A stretch of 63,465 nucleotides of DNA, filler included, from Craspedostauros australis (GCA_030167865.1; 10 parts of 10 records of this genome joined end to end with filler, not necessarily neighbours in it), one strand, 5' to 3'; shown: positions 1 to 12,855, numbered from the whole stretch's first letter. Numbers and translations are program-made. The notes: generated by a model from the letters alone, not told the origin.

Positions 1-225
1 TTTTGCAAAATGATGGGGATGATGTGTTTTGTGTGATGTGTTTTGTGTCACGTGTTTTGTGACGAGCAGAATGTGGAATCATGCACCACATGCTAACGTG
101 TAATTAACGTGTACCAAACGACTGAGACCTTCGGAAGCAAGTTCGTGACTGATCACCAGACGATAAATACTTGAGAGCATCATCGAACCTTCGGCAGAAA
201 CTAACAAATTTTGTGCTGTTGGATT

Positions 226-400
226 CACGCGACTAGACTAAACACATTGATTGATCCATAAAACTTAAAATGAAACTAACTACAATCTGAAAGGTTCCAT
301 TATACATAAAGAGACTACAAGGACTGCGAATATGTGCTTAGTTTGAAAATCCCAGAAATCCGATTAGACTTTTCATTTCAAGGTCTTGATCGACTCACTC
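226..400 (+). repeat. Dispersed non-coding element family 1, copy A
   Basis: Shares TCCATAAAACTTAAA, TCTG, GAnACTAnAA, TATRTGCTTRGTT and TCGACTCACTC at matching spacing with 47186-47361. Confidence 0.75.
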
Positions 401-2078
401 GGGGGGCTCATAACCGAAACATATTCACAACGTCACAGTGACGTCAAGGCATGCCAAAGCGCTTATCGCAGGGCATCGTACCAACACTGGGTCGGTACCA
501 CTGCCAAAACCTCTCCAGAGAAGAAAACCCGAACCACAAGAAGAAGGTGGTCGGAAAAGAAGTATCAACCTGTTCTCATACCATCCACAACAGGCACAAA
601 AGAAAAATAGGTTAAATCATTGTATTTGTGGACTCCATTGTCGTGTGTCACTATTCATCAGTTGTAACCGTTTCGCATGTTGGCAAGACACCAAGCCGGA
701 CGGTATCAACTCTCTGATTGGGCAACGCGGCTCTTCGCTGGTCCGTGGATCACACACAAAGACAACCACCATTGGCGAACATGCCTGCGAGCCCCCGTGA
801 TTAACCTTCGCGTGGGAGTCTTTCCGTACGGCTGTCCGTCCGACCACGCCGATCACATGCAGCGAAAAGGCCCGATAATGTCAATCCCAATCCAGCGAGA
901 CAAGCATGCGTCATCACTCCATCTCTGTCTGCGTTGACGTTTCACAAAATGAGATTGACAAAAATTCATGACACCCTCAACATCGATTGGACTCCATCGA
1001 CTCATCCAACAATACCAGTCTCCACCCAAAGCGGCGTGTCTGGACAGTGGAAAACTCTTTGGCCCCGAGCGAAAAGGAGCCAGATTCAACAACATCGCCG
1101 CCGAACATCCTCGGACTATTTTCAGGGAGCGTGTTCATGAAAACAGCGAGTCGTGAATAGCCCAAACCGCATACGCATCCCGGCCATGCGAATATCACTT
1201 TGTGTCGTTGCATGGTCAATTGCTCGGAGGCACGATAAATCTTGTGTGACTATTCGGTTCGTGACGGCGACAAGTGACGAACTAGATGGAGCGTGCAAGA
1301 AGGGAAAGAAACTCGGTTTGTCATCGTCGCGTACAAAGACAAACTGAGCATTCCTCAAAGCGGGCCACTTCTGTCAGTCAGTTTGTTGACATGACTGTCT
1401 GTTTGCAAGTCAATGCAAGCAAAACGATCCTGACAGATGAGGGACAGCCATCGCCTCCCATACTATGTAATTGTAGCTAGAGAGGCGAAACGAAAAAACG
1501 GGGCGTCGCGTTGTTGGCGTCTGCGAATTGTGGGTCCCATGGTTGCGCTGATGCTGCTGCCGCCACTGCTGTACATACGAGACGACGGCGAGCTACCAGT
1601 AAATCTGTTTACGTTAAACTCTATGCGTCTTCTTTGAATTGGCGTTCTGCCATCGAATGTATAACTATAATACCTGTTGCATCGCTCTCCTCCTCATAAC
1701 TGCAGCATGCTCGTACACGGTATTTCTGTGGTACGGATGCGAAAAAGCACCGAACCTCGATCCGTCCTTGTTGTGACTTTGGTCATCAGCAAGTCGGCCG
1801 CTCGTATAATATAATACCTGAGATAGGAATGCGTTTGCTCATGTGTCTCATTGCTTGTGCGCAGTTGCAGCACGACTCCTTAACATCAATATGTCGTGTG
1901 CCTGCCCTCTGTTTGCTTCTGCTCGTGTGATACCAGTGCCAGTGCCACACGATTCCTGAAGTAATCTCTCCCCCGTTGCTTTGAAAATTACGTCCTCAAG
2001 ATAGGACAGTGTTCTGCTCCATCCGTTTTGCTGCGAATGGAGCATGTATGGCGATAGGCATTCACGCCTACGCGTACT

Positions 2079-5000
2079 CTAAGCAAAGACGCCCATGCCT
2101 TCCAAATCGAAGTCGCTGTCGGTGGGCTCGACATCGGCATCGTCGTTCACCAATGACGACTTGGCAGCCTTGAGGGCCAGCTTGCGGCGGCCCCCGGTGC
2201 CGTCACCTGTGTCGTCGACCGTCTTGGCTCCCTTCGCGGCCTTCACCGCTCTCACTTCGGTCGGGCTCTGTGTCATGGTCGGGCTGGACGTTGGCACGCG
2301 GGTCCGCGTTGGTGACTGTGTCGGTGACTGCGTTGGTGACTGCGTGGGGGGATCCGTGACGAGCGGCGCGGGCACCGGTTCGATGGTGTTGACAAACTCC
2401 AGCACGCCTGGGAAGACGCTGAAGCCACTGTAGAATCCATCGTTGGCGTATGAGGTGTACGATCTACCGTACATGACCTCGAAGGGGCACGCTGGGCAGA
2501 GGAAGTAACGCTGGGGTGTTTCGATTGCACTAGACGTCGCCTCTGTCACCAGGGCTTGATCCATGTCGACGCGGAAAGAGATGACGCCGTCTTCGGGTGT
2601 GAACTCCACGGCCGATGTGAAGGAAAACAGCTCCGAGAACTCGTTGTGGCCCGTGGCGTCCGTGACTCCGGATGCAATCATCTGCCAGGCGATGTCGCTG
2701 TTGGAGCTGGCCTGCCACGACGTGCGGCTGTAGTAGATGGTGTACGGCCGGTCTTCGTCGACGTAACCTGGCGCGATCCTCATGCCGGTGAAGACCACCG
2801 CGTCCTTGATCTTCACATCGAAGGTGAATGTGGGGAAGGAGTTGACGAAGAAACCCTGCGGCAGCTGGGTGTTGACCCACGCACGCTGATCGGGAACCCC
2901 AGCCAGGGAGCTCGGCGCCATGGAGCTTGTGGGAGGGTACGTGCCATCCATGATGGAGATGGTCGCGCAACGCAATGGTGCGTCGTACGGGTCAATGTCA
3001 AGAACTTGAATTGTCACGCCACCGAACACACCGTCCGGAATACGGTAGGAATCGCCAGCAGCCAGCTTTGCCTCGAGGTAGGATTTCTGCGAAGACGAAC
3101 TCACGGGAGTTTTCGTCACCATGACCTGGTTCGGGGCCTCCCCGGACTGCGTGTTGAAGGATGTTGCTCGGTTGAATGCGACGAAGTAATCTTCCTGGCT
3201 GACGGCGTCATCAAGCTTGATCAGCACCTTGTAACTCGTGTCTGATGGGTTGTAATCCGTGACGCCGCACAGCCTGCCATTAAAGTCCACCTCACCCAAC
3301 GTGAGGACTTGGCTTTGCTGTTGGTACCAGCCCATCTCCCAGCTCTTCGCGCCTGTTGTGGTGCAGTAATTGAATGTAAAATAGTGGATATGTGAGTTTT
3401 GTGAGTGTGTAGCAGGCATCATGCTCGTACCGGCACGAGTTGGCATGCGTGAAACACTCGTCTCGAAACAACCAACAACTCTTTGTTGGACGTACCGTTG
3501 AATCCCTTGATCTCCAAACCCGAGATGGCCCTATCTCCCACGTTGATTCCGGCGCCTTGTGCCAGGCCCATGATTCCACTGTGGTGGTTGTGCCGAAGAA
3601 GTGAAGTAGTAGAGCAGAGAAATGCGATGCAAAGATGGATGAAGAGTGAGTTTGTTGTGGGAGGAGAGTGACAGAGTTGGCGGATGCTGTTGCGACCCTT
3701 CCTCCAATCCTCGTACGGTACAGAGAACGCCATACTCTACAGAGCACTCGAGTGCCCCAAGATGCACTCACCTGATGTCTCCGTATTCTCCACTGGGTGC
3801 CGTGCCTTCGCTGGCATGACGCAGGCACAGATTGTGTCCAATCTCGTGCATGACCGTGGAGAGATGGTAGGAGGCATGCCACTGCCCGCTTTGGATGTTG
3901 TTAAAGACGGAATACTTGGAAACGAGATTTGCGTAAGCGAACCAGGTCGTTGATGGATCGCGCGAGCTGTAGGAAGTTCCATACGGCATGATGTAGAGGA
4001 AATGCTCATAGTCATCCCAAATTTGCAGATCGTTCATGAGGTGTGCATTGACGAATGAATGAATGCTCGAGGCCGTTGTATCTGCGGAAGCCGGAAAGTC
4101 GGCGGTGACATCAAGGATGCCGTCCGGGGCGGAGATGGGGGCACGCGGCGCAGGCGATGTGAAGGTGATCTGTCCAAACGAGATATCGGTGAACTGCTGC
4201 GGAAAGGTGGGCTCCGAATTGACGAGATGCTCCACGATGTCGGCCCGCGGGATGCCGGTGGCGCCGTTGTCGAGCAGGACGCGCACAATGAGGTATCTCT
4301 TGGGTCCGGAGGTCGAGACCTCGTTGAAGAGAAGCTTGCGGTGTGGTTGGCTGCCGTTGGCACGCAGCCTCCCCGATTGCTCCATTCTGCGCGTGTCGGC
4401 TTCCAGCTCGCCAATCAGCATGTCGTCGATGGTGGTGCCATCCGGCAACTGGATTTTAAGCTCCTCCATGTCAATGACGGCTCCCTCGGCGAAGAGCGTG
4501 AATCGATGCGTTCTGGTGGGAAACGTTTCGGTTCGCTGCAGCCATTCCTCATCCATGCCATCGATATCCAACTCGATCTCACCGAATCGCTGCCCATCGG
4601 CACCCTGAAGTCTGCAGTTGGCATCAATGGAGTCGAGCTTGTACTCGAAGGATGCATACGTTGCAGTGACTACGCATGGCTCCTGCAGCGTGACGACCGT
4701 CTCTGCGGCCGATCTGCGGATGTTGCCACGGCCATTGTCGGTTGTCTGCAATGGCACGAGTGGAGAGATGTGTCAAAGCAGGAGCAAGTGGGGAGAGAAC
4801 AGAGGAAAGAGAGGGAATGCGTGAGAGAGATCATCATCTGGTTGGGTTAACATTCCACATCGATGTACTTGTACTTGCTCGGAGAGGCAAAGAAGGCACA
4901 GACACCGAAATGAAATGGGCGCATTGAGAAGACGCGCAGCAACTCCCAACCCGCGGCCTCCAGATGAATGCACAAAGATACGGAAAGAACTTACGCTGGC

Positions 5001-5081
5001 ATCAACGAACGCGTTATTCATGTAGGCAGCTGCCATGGAGGCAAGCAGCATGCCGCGGACAGCGTTGGAGCCGAATCCCAT
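2079..5081 (-). CDS. Secreted gametolysin/peptidase M11-family zinc metalloprotease, 4 exons (5081-4995, 4745-3772, 3578-3496, 3352-2079)
   Basis: Signal-like N-terminus MGFGSNAVRGMLLASMAAAY and zinc motif HEIGHNLCLRH. GT-AG splicing rebuilds EYGDISGIMG and FNGAKSWEMGWY, typical of M11 enzymes. The C-terminus carries PTQS repeats. Confidence 0.85.
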
Positions 5082-7449
5082 GGTCACGGTGATCTATTGG
5101 CTGCTATAGTATATATCGCAGGGATGTGCGTGCGTCTCTGGCCGAAAGCAATGCCAATGGATGAGCAAAGGGGAAGGGCTGCTGATCTGGTGATGGTGTT
5201 CTTCGGAGATGATTGCGTCTCTTGTAAGTTGCTGAGCTGCGCACTATTGTACTTCTGCTCAACCTGGCTATGCTCTTTGAATATTCTGTTCTTGCGCTGT
5301 CTGCGAGCGGTGAGGTTCCTTCTGATGGGTTGTTGCTTCTTTGGACGCTTGGTGACTTCACTCGGTCGGTTGTTGGTTTGTCGGTCGTTTTACAATGAGA
5401 TTTGGATGGTCTGTATCGCTGTGAGTATTATGAACGATGCCAACGAGCGCGGAAGGATTGAGAAAATGCAGAAACTTCACGATGCGGGGCAAAAGCGTGA
5501 ACAAAAGCGCGATGCAACACCGTGGAACGAGCTGCGCCCAGCGTGCGCATCCAAGTCCTGTGACGAGGTGCGGAGTTCGTTCATCCCTCTCGTTCACGTA
5601 CAGAGACATATCTTCTTCCGTTTGGATTACCACAGCAGTGCGCCAAAACACTGGCAAATATCACCATCACATCCTTTCTGTGCGCATCCCACTTAAGCTG
5701 ACAAGGGCCGGCGGACGTCTTCAACGACTTGAATCCTCGGCTATATTTTTTTAAGCACGCAGCTCTCACACGACCCCGCCATAAAACAAATCACGTGTTC
5801 TCTGCACAACAGACAAGCTGTGACTCGATGACATTATGACGCAAATTCGCTGGATCTTCGACTCCAACCACCCAAGAGGACACTCCAAGCCAGGCGAAGG
5901 GGTGTGTTGGTTGGGCTTCCCACAGAGCATTGCGGGAGTGTCATGCTCCATGCGACTGTTGTGCCTTCTACCATACTACTACTGTACGAGTCGCACAAGC
6001 ACAAGATGAGCACTGGTGAGAGTGTGCTCTGGTGTCACCAGTCAAAGACATCGACATCGACACCACATCCGTCACAGCAACCACAACTGCAACTGGCAAA
6101 CAAACAAGGGAATCAAGATCGCAGCTTTCCCGCCATGGCCCACCATAAATACTGCAGAGAACGCTTCGTCACCTCTTTTGATCGTGTACTCGTAGATTGA
6201 CACTTGCGCGAGCAACGCAGACAAGCAATCGTGCTTGGGAAGTGCGAGCATGAAAAGGGATCAACTGTGTTGCCGCTCCTCTTGCCAGCTTTCTCACAAG
6301 AACGAAGCCTCCAACCTCTCGTGGCCGGCGAGGACATCTGCTCTCTCGGGGAACACCTCGGTTCTCGTTTGATCCGTTGTTGCGGTACCCATGTCGCCAT
6401 TTTCGGCGTTCACGGCAACGGCAAGAACGCACATCATCACGCGGGATGATGCAACCATCGTGTGTGATCATCGCTGACTTTTCACCACTTGGCGATGGCA
6501 ACAACGCCCGAGGGGTCTTTGATTCTCTCGACCTCCACAGAGAGAAAGATCTCACCAGTTTTCTTCGATTCCTCCTCTTCCTTCCTGTGCCGAACTCGGT
6601 ATCTTCGCCAGGGGTGGCAGGGGTGATCATTGGTCGCAAGAGGGGAAGCATGTCGTGACGTTCGCTATCTCCTGGTCCTCTCTGAACACATCAATCACGA
6701 TCGTCACCGGTCATTTCTGTTTCGTGTGATGTGATCATGGATGCGACCACCCAGGGTATTGGAAGGTCGTGGGTACTCCATTGTTGTTATTAGCACTGCT
6801 GCTATCATCGCGACCGTGTCCTTCTTGTTGCGCCACACATGTCATCACAAAGCGCATCGGCGCTCGCTCCTCACTGCGCGCACATCACTCTTGTGCTGAA
6901 CATGTGATGCACACGATGGAGCCAAGAAATAGCCATTCTGCCGCGCTGGGATGCGCGCACTTGCAAACAGGTTGGGACAAAACCACACACGACTGCCACC
7001 TCTCTCTGGCGCGAAGTGATGATGTGTTTCGTCATTGGTGGGAGGCACATAAACATGTCCGAAATAACACCGAGGAGTTGGTGGGCGTTTGATTCGTGGA
7101 GGAACGTGATTGGTAGCCGTGATACGACAGAGCAGACCACCATTCTACCGAAGACTCCTGTACAATACTATTAGTACAACAACTTGTGCTCCAGCAAGCT
7201 GTTGATAGCGTGGGTCGACACTTGCACTATTACGAGTACGGCCAACAAGAGCAACTCAAGATAAGTGATAGTTTGGCATGGAGGAAGGACGCCGCGGACG
7301 CGTGATGGATCAATCACTTTGCTGCGCGAAGACTTCTCAGATGAGAGACGGCAATGGCGGAAGAGCGAGCGCACAACAAGTGCAATGTGTCCCCCAGCCA
7401 CCTCTACTATATGTATTCCTGTCCCAAGATCGCTACCTTTTCTCCCTTA

Positions 7450-9378
7450 CTAATACTTCGGCCTCCGTTGACCTGCCGGAACCGTGACTTGGTTCCTCTT
7501 CGCGGCGGGGTGATCGGGGTCATCAGCCAGCCTCGACGACTCAAGCAAAGCCAAGATCTTCGCATCACTCCGGAAATCCCTCTGCGCATATTCCAACGCG
7601 GTATCACCAGCCCTATTTTGCACGTGCGGATCGATCTCCTCCAATGTCATCAGGTACTCGACCAACTCGAAGCAGTTGCCTTTCACCGCACAGTGAAGCA
7701 CCGTGTCCCCGTCCTTGTTCGGAAGATTCACATCCACCTTCACGTTGCTCGAATCAATCAACAGCTTCATCCTCTCCACCTGATCATCGTCATGGTCGCC
7801 ATCGTCGTCGTCATTATCGTCGCCGTCATTATCGTCGTCGTGAAACTCGTGGAGGTAGTTGCTGTCGTTGTTGGCTTTGCAAATGTAGTGTAGCGCGGTG
7901 TCACCATCGCTGTCCTGAAGTGTTGCATCCACTGAGTCACGCCCCACTAACTGCTGAAGGGTCGACAATCCACTCTCCCTACGTATGCATGCAAGGTGGA
8001 GGAGCGTGGTGCCATGGCGATTCTGAATGTTTGCGACTGGTTTGGCCTCTTCTATCAATCGTTGGAGGATGGCCGTGTCTCCCATATGATTGTTTGGATG
8101 AGAGAGATCGCTGAGGTTGGTGGTGGGGATGACTTGATGTTGGATGAAATCGAAGAGGCGGGTGATTATGGCGGTGTCATTGAACGTATCAAACAAGCCT
8201 CTGCCAAAGGCAATGTGCAAGGGTGTGCTACCGTCATGATTTTGGATGTACTCGCCAAGACTGTCATTGGCCTTGTGCGACTGGAGCAGGTACTCGATGA
8301 TATCATGCTCCTGATGTTCGCATGCAACATGGAGAGGGGTGTTTCCGCGGCTGTTTTGAATCTTGAGGATTTCATCGATACCCCTCTTGTTGTCGTTGTT
8401 GTTGTTGTTGCGGCAAACTTCCATCAACATCTCCAAGTTTGGTAGAATATCGAAGTGCCTGTGAGTGCAAAGAAGATGTATTGGCGTGTCGCCATCGTTG
8501 TTTTGGGTGCGGATATGGCTGCCCGTATGGAATTTGCCGCACTCGACCACATACGAAATCAAATCCCCACCATCATACCAGTGCGTGTTACACGCCAGGT
8601 GAAGAAGTGTATCGCCGTCGCCGTTGCGAATATTGAGATCGATGGCAGCGCCGGCATCATCCAATTCCAGCAGGTACCGCAGGCTGTTCATATCCATGCC
8701 CATGAACTCAAATGCTACATGCAAAGGAGTGTCGCCATTGTTGTTCTGCTTGTTGATGTTGGTATTCACATCAACTTGATGGCATTGCACCAAGTACTCC
8801 AGCACGTCGGTCCGTCCTCGTTTACAAGCGTGGTGGAGTAAATTGTTGCCATCGTTGTCTTCCATGATGAAGTGGATTCGATCAGAATCAATCAAATGCT
8901 CGACAAGATCTCTGTTTCCGCTCTTGCAAGCCAGATGGAGTAATGTCTGCCCTTTGTTGTTTCGGGCGTTGATATCCACATCGCTTTGATCAGACCGCAT
9001 GAAGTACTCAACGATGTCTTGGTGTCCAGCCTTGCATGCAGTGTGCATTGGCGTGTTGCCGTCATTGTCTCGAATGTTGACATCGACGTGGGCATAGTCC
9101 AATTCCATCAGGTACTCCACGGTGCTCCTGCGCCCGCTTTTGCAAGCTTCGTGGAGTGCTGTCCAACCTCTGCGATCTTGGAGATTGATATTCACCTTGA
9201 TTCGATCGGACTCCAGCAAGCACTTCATAATGGCTATGTTTCCGTGATAGGAGGCACAATTGAGTGGCGAATCATCGAATCCATCCGCGATACCACAGAA
9301 CGTGCCCTCGTCACATGATTCGACCAAGGCTTGCACCGTTGGCAATTCGTTCCTGTCGCATGCTTTGTACAATCGCAC
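7450..9378 (-). CDS. Ankyrin-repeat protein (about 14 diverged repeats); true start unresolved
   Basis: 642-aa ORF with recurring G(D/N)T(P/A/L)LHxAC motifs. It opens at GTG, with an in-frame stop shortly upstream. Confidence 0.85.
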   Translation of the reverse strand: MRLYKACDRNELPTVQALVESCDEGTFCGIADGFDDSPLNCASYHGNIAIMKCLLESDRIKVNINLQDRRGWTALHEACKSGRRSTVEYLMELDYAHVDVNIRDNDGNTPMHTACKAGHQDIVEYFMRSDQSDVDINARNNKGQTLLHLACKSGNRDLVEHLIDSDRIHFIMEDNDGNNLLHHACKRGRTDVLEYLVQCHQVDVNTNINKQNNNGDTPLHVAFEFMGMDMNSLRYLLELDDAGAAIDLNIRNGDGDTLLHLACNTHWYDGGDLISYVVECGKFHTGSHIRTQNNDGDTPIHLLCTHRHFDILPNLEMLMEVCRNNNNNDNKRGIDEILKIQNSRGNTPLHVACEHQEHDIIEYLLQSHKANDSLGEYIQNHDGSTPLHIAFGRGLFDTFNDTAIITRLFDFIQHQVIPTTNLSDLSHPNNHMGDTAILQRLIEEAKPVANIQNRHGTTLLHLACIRRESGLSTLQQLVGRDSVDATLQDSDGDTALHYICKANNDSNYLHEFHDDDNDGDDNDDDDGDHDDDQVERMKLLIDSSNVKVDVNLPNKDGDTVLHCAVKGNCFELVEYLMTLEEIDPHVQNRAGDTALEYAQRDFRSDAKILALLESSRLADDPDHPAAKRNQVTVPAGQRRPKY

Positions 9379-10114
9379 AAGCCATGTGTCGTTGGCATCA
9401 TCACAGTTCTCAATCCAACTTCATTTCGATTCCGTCGCAGAATGGAATATGCCCCGAAGGATGCATTCAGAGTTGGATAGAAGAGAGGAAGAGAATGGAT
9501 TGCATCAACGCAAGTGCATGGTAAGCAGCAGTAGATCGGAGTGTCATGCGCACTCAGATATGTGCTCACATGTACGAACACATAATAATACGCAGATGCG
9601 ATCAAGAGGCAAGGGAGCATACTGGTGCACAAACAGGAAGATGAACGTCTCCTTGCTCATGCAAGGAAGAACGCCATCATCTGCGCAACCACATCGTTTC
9701 ATGTATTGGCACATGGACGCGCTCGCTTCGGAAGACACCGGCACAAGGACAAGTGCGAATACAAGCACGAGCACAAATGGAAGCACAGCTATGAACTCAC
9801 CCACGCCAGCTCATGTCTTTGCGGTTACTCCTTCACGAATACGAATGGATGCTTGGGTGGACAGGCCGGTGGATGGAGGTGCGTTGGTTGCGGCGGTGAT
9901 GCTCTGTCCTTGGAACGATCTGCTCTGCGTTGTTGGGCCTTGAAGCGCTGCAGTTGGATGAATTGTAGGCGTCGACCAGAGTAGAGTGCTCTCTACTCGT
10001 ACCATGCATGTATTACAGAATTTTATGAAATGGATGAATGAATGAGCAGGATGTGGCTTGTTTGGAATCAAGTTGGATTCTCCCACCGTGTGCTGTTCTT
10101 TGATGTTGATGCGT

Positions 10115-10210
10115 GATGTTGATGTTGGTGATGTTGGTGTTGTTCGTGATGTTGGTGTTGTTGGTGTTGTTGGTGTTGTTCGTGATGTTGGTGTTGTTGG
10201 TGTTGTTCGT
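10115..10210. repeat. Imperfect 9-bp tandem repeat (GTTGGTGTT/GTTCGTGAT)
   Basis: Visible 9-nt periodicity between the ankyrin and FAAL genes. Confidence 0.8.
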
Positions 10211-10593
10211 GTTTCTGTCGTGCTTCTGGCATGTTCCTGTCTCAGTCGTGTCCCTTGAGAGAATTGTGACTGAGGAAACTGGATGCGGGGACACCCGGCA
10301 AATCCAGAAAATTGGTCGATGTCCGACTAATCCGACCTCTATTTCGTTGACGATCTTTTCGGGATGTGCTTCACAGGGACACGAGGGACAAATGCCCCGG
10401 AGCCAACCATGACCAACTCGTTTCCGTCTTGATCCGAAACTGTATCAACTGTGGGTGATGACCAACCAACAGGGACAAACAACAACGGAATCGCAGTGGA
10501 TGGTCACAAAATGAAGAAACAGCGCCAATTCATCCCGCATAATCTAATATTATACGAGTATCTGTTCACATACCCATCTTCTCTCCCTCCATC

Positions 10594-12095
10594 ATGCGCG
10601 ACGACGACCATCACCAAGCGACCGAAGACAGTTCTGGCGATGTCGCAACAATCGCATCCGATACACCCAGCGGCAATGACGAGGACTCCCCTGCGCCAGA
10701 CATCACAGATGAAGTTGAAGCCGACATCATCAAGCCACCATCATTGCCTCCGTCGCAGGCATCAACGATGTTGACTTCGTCCGACGGCATCAGTAGCCCT
10801 GCTGTCATCAGCGAGCATGATGTCATCCACAAATCCATCCAAAACAAATCCTTCCTCGACCATCTCAAGTTCGTCGTCGAGCTCAAGCCCGACACCGTCT
10901 TCTCCACTTGGTACAACGAGAAGGGAAAGGCAATCAACAACTACACCTTCCAACAGCTTTGGGATGAAGCCGGCCACTGCGCCCATCTCCTCCGCAACAA
11001 ATGGAGCACCGACAAAGGTGACCGCGTCGTCCTCTGTTACGACTTCGGACTCCACTTCTTCGCCATGTTCCTCGGATGCCTCCGTGCAGGAGTAACAGCC
11101 GTGTTAGTCTACCCTCCGGGACCGCCGCTCGTCAAGTCGCTCACCAAGATGAACAAGGTGATCGAGGATTGCGCTCCAGCACTCATCCTCACCCAAACAT
11201 CCATCAATCTCCTTCGAGCCGCCGATCGCGCCAACCCAACATCCAAAAGTCGCGCCCTGTGGCCAAGCGGGGTGAAATACCAAGTCACCGATCGCATCAT
11301 TCGTCACGATCCGTTTATCATCAACAAAAAGAAGAGCAACAACAACTCCAACAACAACTCCAAGCAGGCAAAGAAAAGTATCCTTTCCAGCTTCGTCTCT
11401 GGCCGCTCCTCGTCGCCACCACCTTCCTTTGACGAGCCTGGCATTGAGGGGTCGGACCTGGCTTTCCTCCAGTACACATCTGGAAGTACCGGCAACCCAA
11501 AGGGCGTCATGGTGACTCATGATGCACTGAGAGCCAACATCGAGCTTCTCCATGGTGGTTGGTTGAAGTGGTTTGAAGATTACTTGGGCCACCGAAACAA
11601 AACACCGAAGCGAATCACGGCATGTTCGTGGCTACCGCAGTATCATGATATGGGTCTGATCCAAATGGGCATTGCGCCATTGGCGGGTGCCTTTCGTCTC
11701 CACATGATATCACCGGTCTCGTTCATCCGCAACCCGTTGCTCTGGATTGACCTCATGTCGCAACACAAGTGCCACATCAGCGCCGCTCCCGACTTCGGTT
11801 ATCGTCTTGTCGCGCGCAAGTTTAGCGAGGCGATGAGCAAACAAAACGGGCAAGCTCATCCCATCCCCAACCTTGACCTCTCCAGCGTGTATCATCTGCA
11901 GAACGCGGCGGAACCAACGCGGCTTGACACGGAAAAACACTTCTCTGACTCATTCTGTTCGTATGGCCTGCGCAAGGACTGGTTCCTCGCAGGGTATGGA
12001 CTAGCAGAGAACGTTGTTGGTGTCAGCTACAATCACGGCTCTCATCTTTCCGCCATCCGCGAAGGTGAAGATCTTCAACCATTTATCGCCATCGC
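10594..12095 (+). CDS. Fatty acyl-AMP ligase (FAAL)-type adenylation domain protein, 3'-truncated at contig end
   Basis: Motifs FLQYTSGSTGNPKGV, SWLPQYHDMGLI, AAPDFGY, AAEP and GYGLAENVV. The ORF runs into the spacer. Confidence 0.85.
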
Positions 12096-12195
12096 NNNNN
12101 NNNNNNNNNNNNNNNNNNNNNNNNNNNNNNNNNNNNNNNTTAATTAATTAANNNNNNNNNNNNNNNNNNNNNNNNNNNNNNNNNNNNNNNNNNNN
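12096..12195. other. Artificial contig-joining spacer
   Basis: 44 N + TTAATTAATTAA (stops in all six frames) + 44 N. Confidence 0.98.
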
Positions 12196-12855
12196 AAGAA
12201 CGAACCATTCCAACTCATCAAGCATCGCCTGTTCCTGTCAGGTTTAACAGCGTCCGCCATGTACAAGCAGACCAAGCAACGCATGTACAGAAGAAAGCTA
12301 TGCTCCCAGCTGAAGACTCTGCGAACCATCGTGGCCAACAAAGGGGACAGCCTCTGTCTCTGTAAGCTGCTGATGGAAGCAGAACATGCATCTTTGTCGG
12401 ATGCGAACGGCAACCCTGCCAAGATCCAAAAAGTCTTGAATGCGTACGAAGCTGTCATCCAAACAGCAATCAAGGAACCTTCCATGCAGATCACCGCATT
12501 GGGGTACGATCTCGCCGCAGAATATCTCATCCGATGCAAAGAGCAAGCAGGAGGTCAACGAGGAAGGGGCAACGGCGGCGATGGCGATGGTTCCGGTTTG
12601 GAAGAAATCGTTTCGGACGGTACCATCAGACAGTACCTGCTGCAGGCCCTGGATCATTACCATGCCTGGGGATGTAGATTGAGAATCGAGTACATCCTGA
12701 GGCATCGAAGGGAGTACGTCGGAAACTGGCATCCAACAAAACCGGAACAGAAGATCAGGACGAGCGAAGCGGCCTCCCACGAAACGATGGATGGCATCGC
12801 TTTGGCATCGGATGGATCATCCGGGAGTGCCCTGGTGGCGTCAAGCGTCGTGTAG
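12196..12855 (+). CDS. C-terminal fragment of a TPR-like tail as found on large AAA/STAND-type ATPase proteins; 5'-truncated
   Basis: Open frame from the contig start. The pattern YEAVI...ALGYDLAAEYL...YLLQALDHYHAWG resembles the C-termini of this expanded diatom family. Confidence 0.6.
   Translation, partial: KNEPFQLIKHRLFLSGLTASAMYKQTKQRMYRRKLCSQLKTLRTIVANKGDSLCLCKLLMEAEHASLSDANGNPAKIQKVLNAYEAVIQTAIKEPSMQITALGYDLAAEYLIRCKEQAGGQRGRGNGGDGDGSGLEEIVSDGTIRQYLLQALDHYHAWGCRLRIEYILRHRREYVGNWHPTKPEQKIRTSEAASHETMDGIALASDGSSGSALVASSVV

Noticed and set aside
6113..6658. Possible small gene between the M11 and ankyrin genes
   Set aside because: Several short overlapping ORFs, none with motifs or clear codon bias.
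12140..12151. Recurrent palindrome TTAATTAATTAA (nine copies)
   Set aside because: Always centred in an identical 100-nt N block; an artificial six-frame stop linker.
10594..12855. FAAL fused to the downstream TPR-like ORF
   Set aside because: The two pieces are on different contigs.
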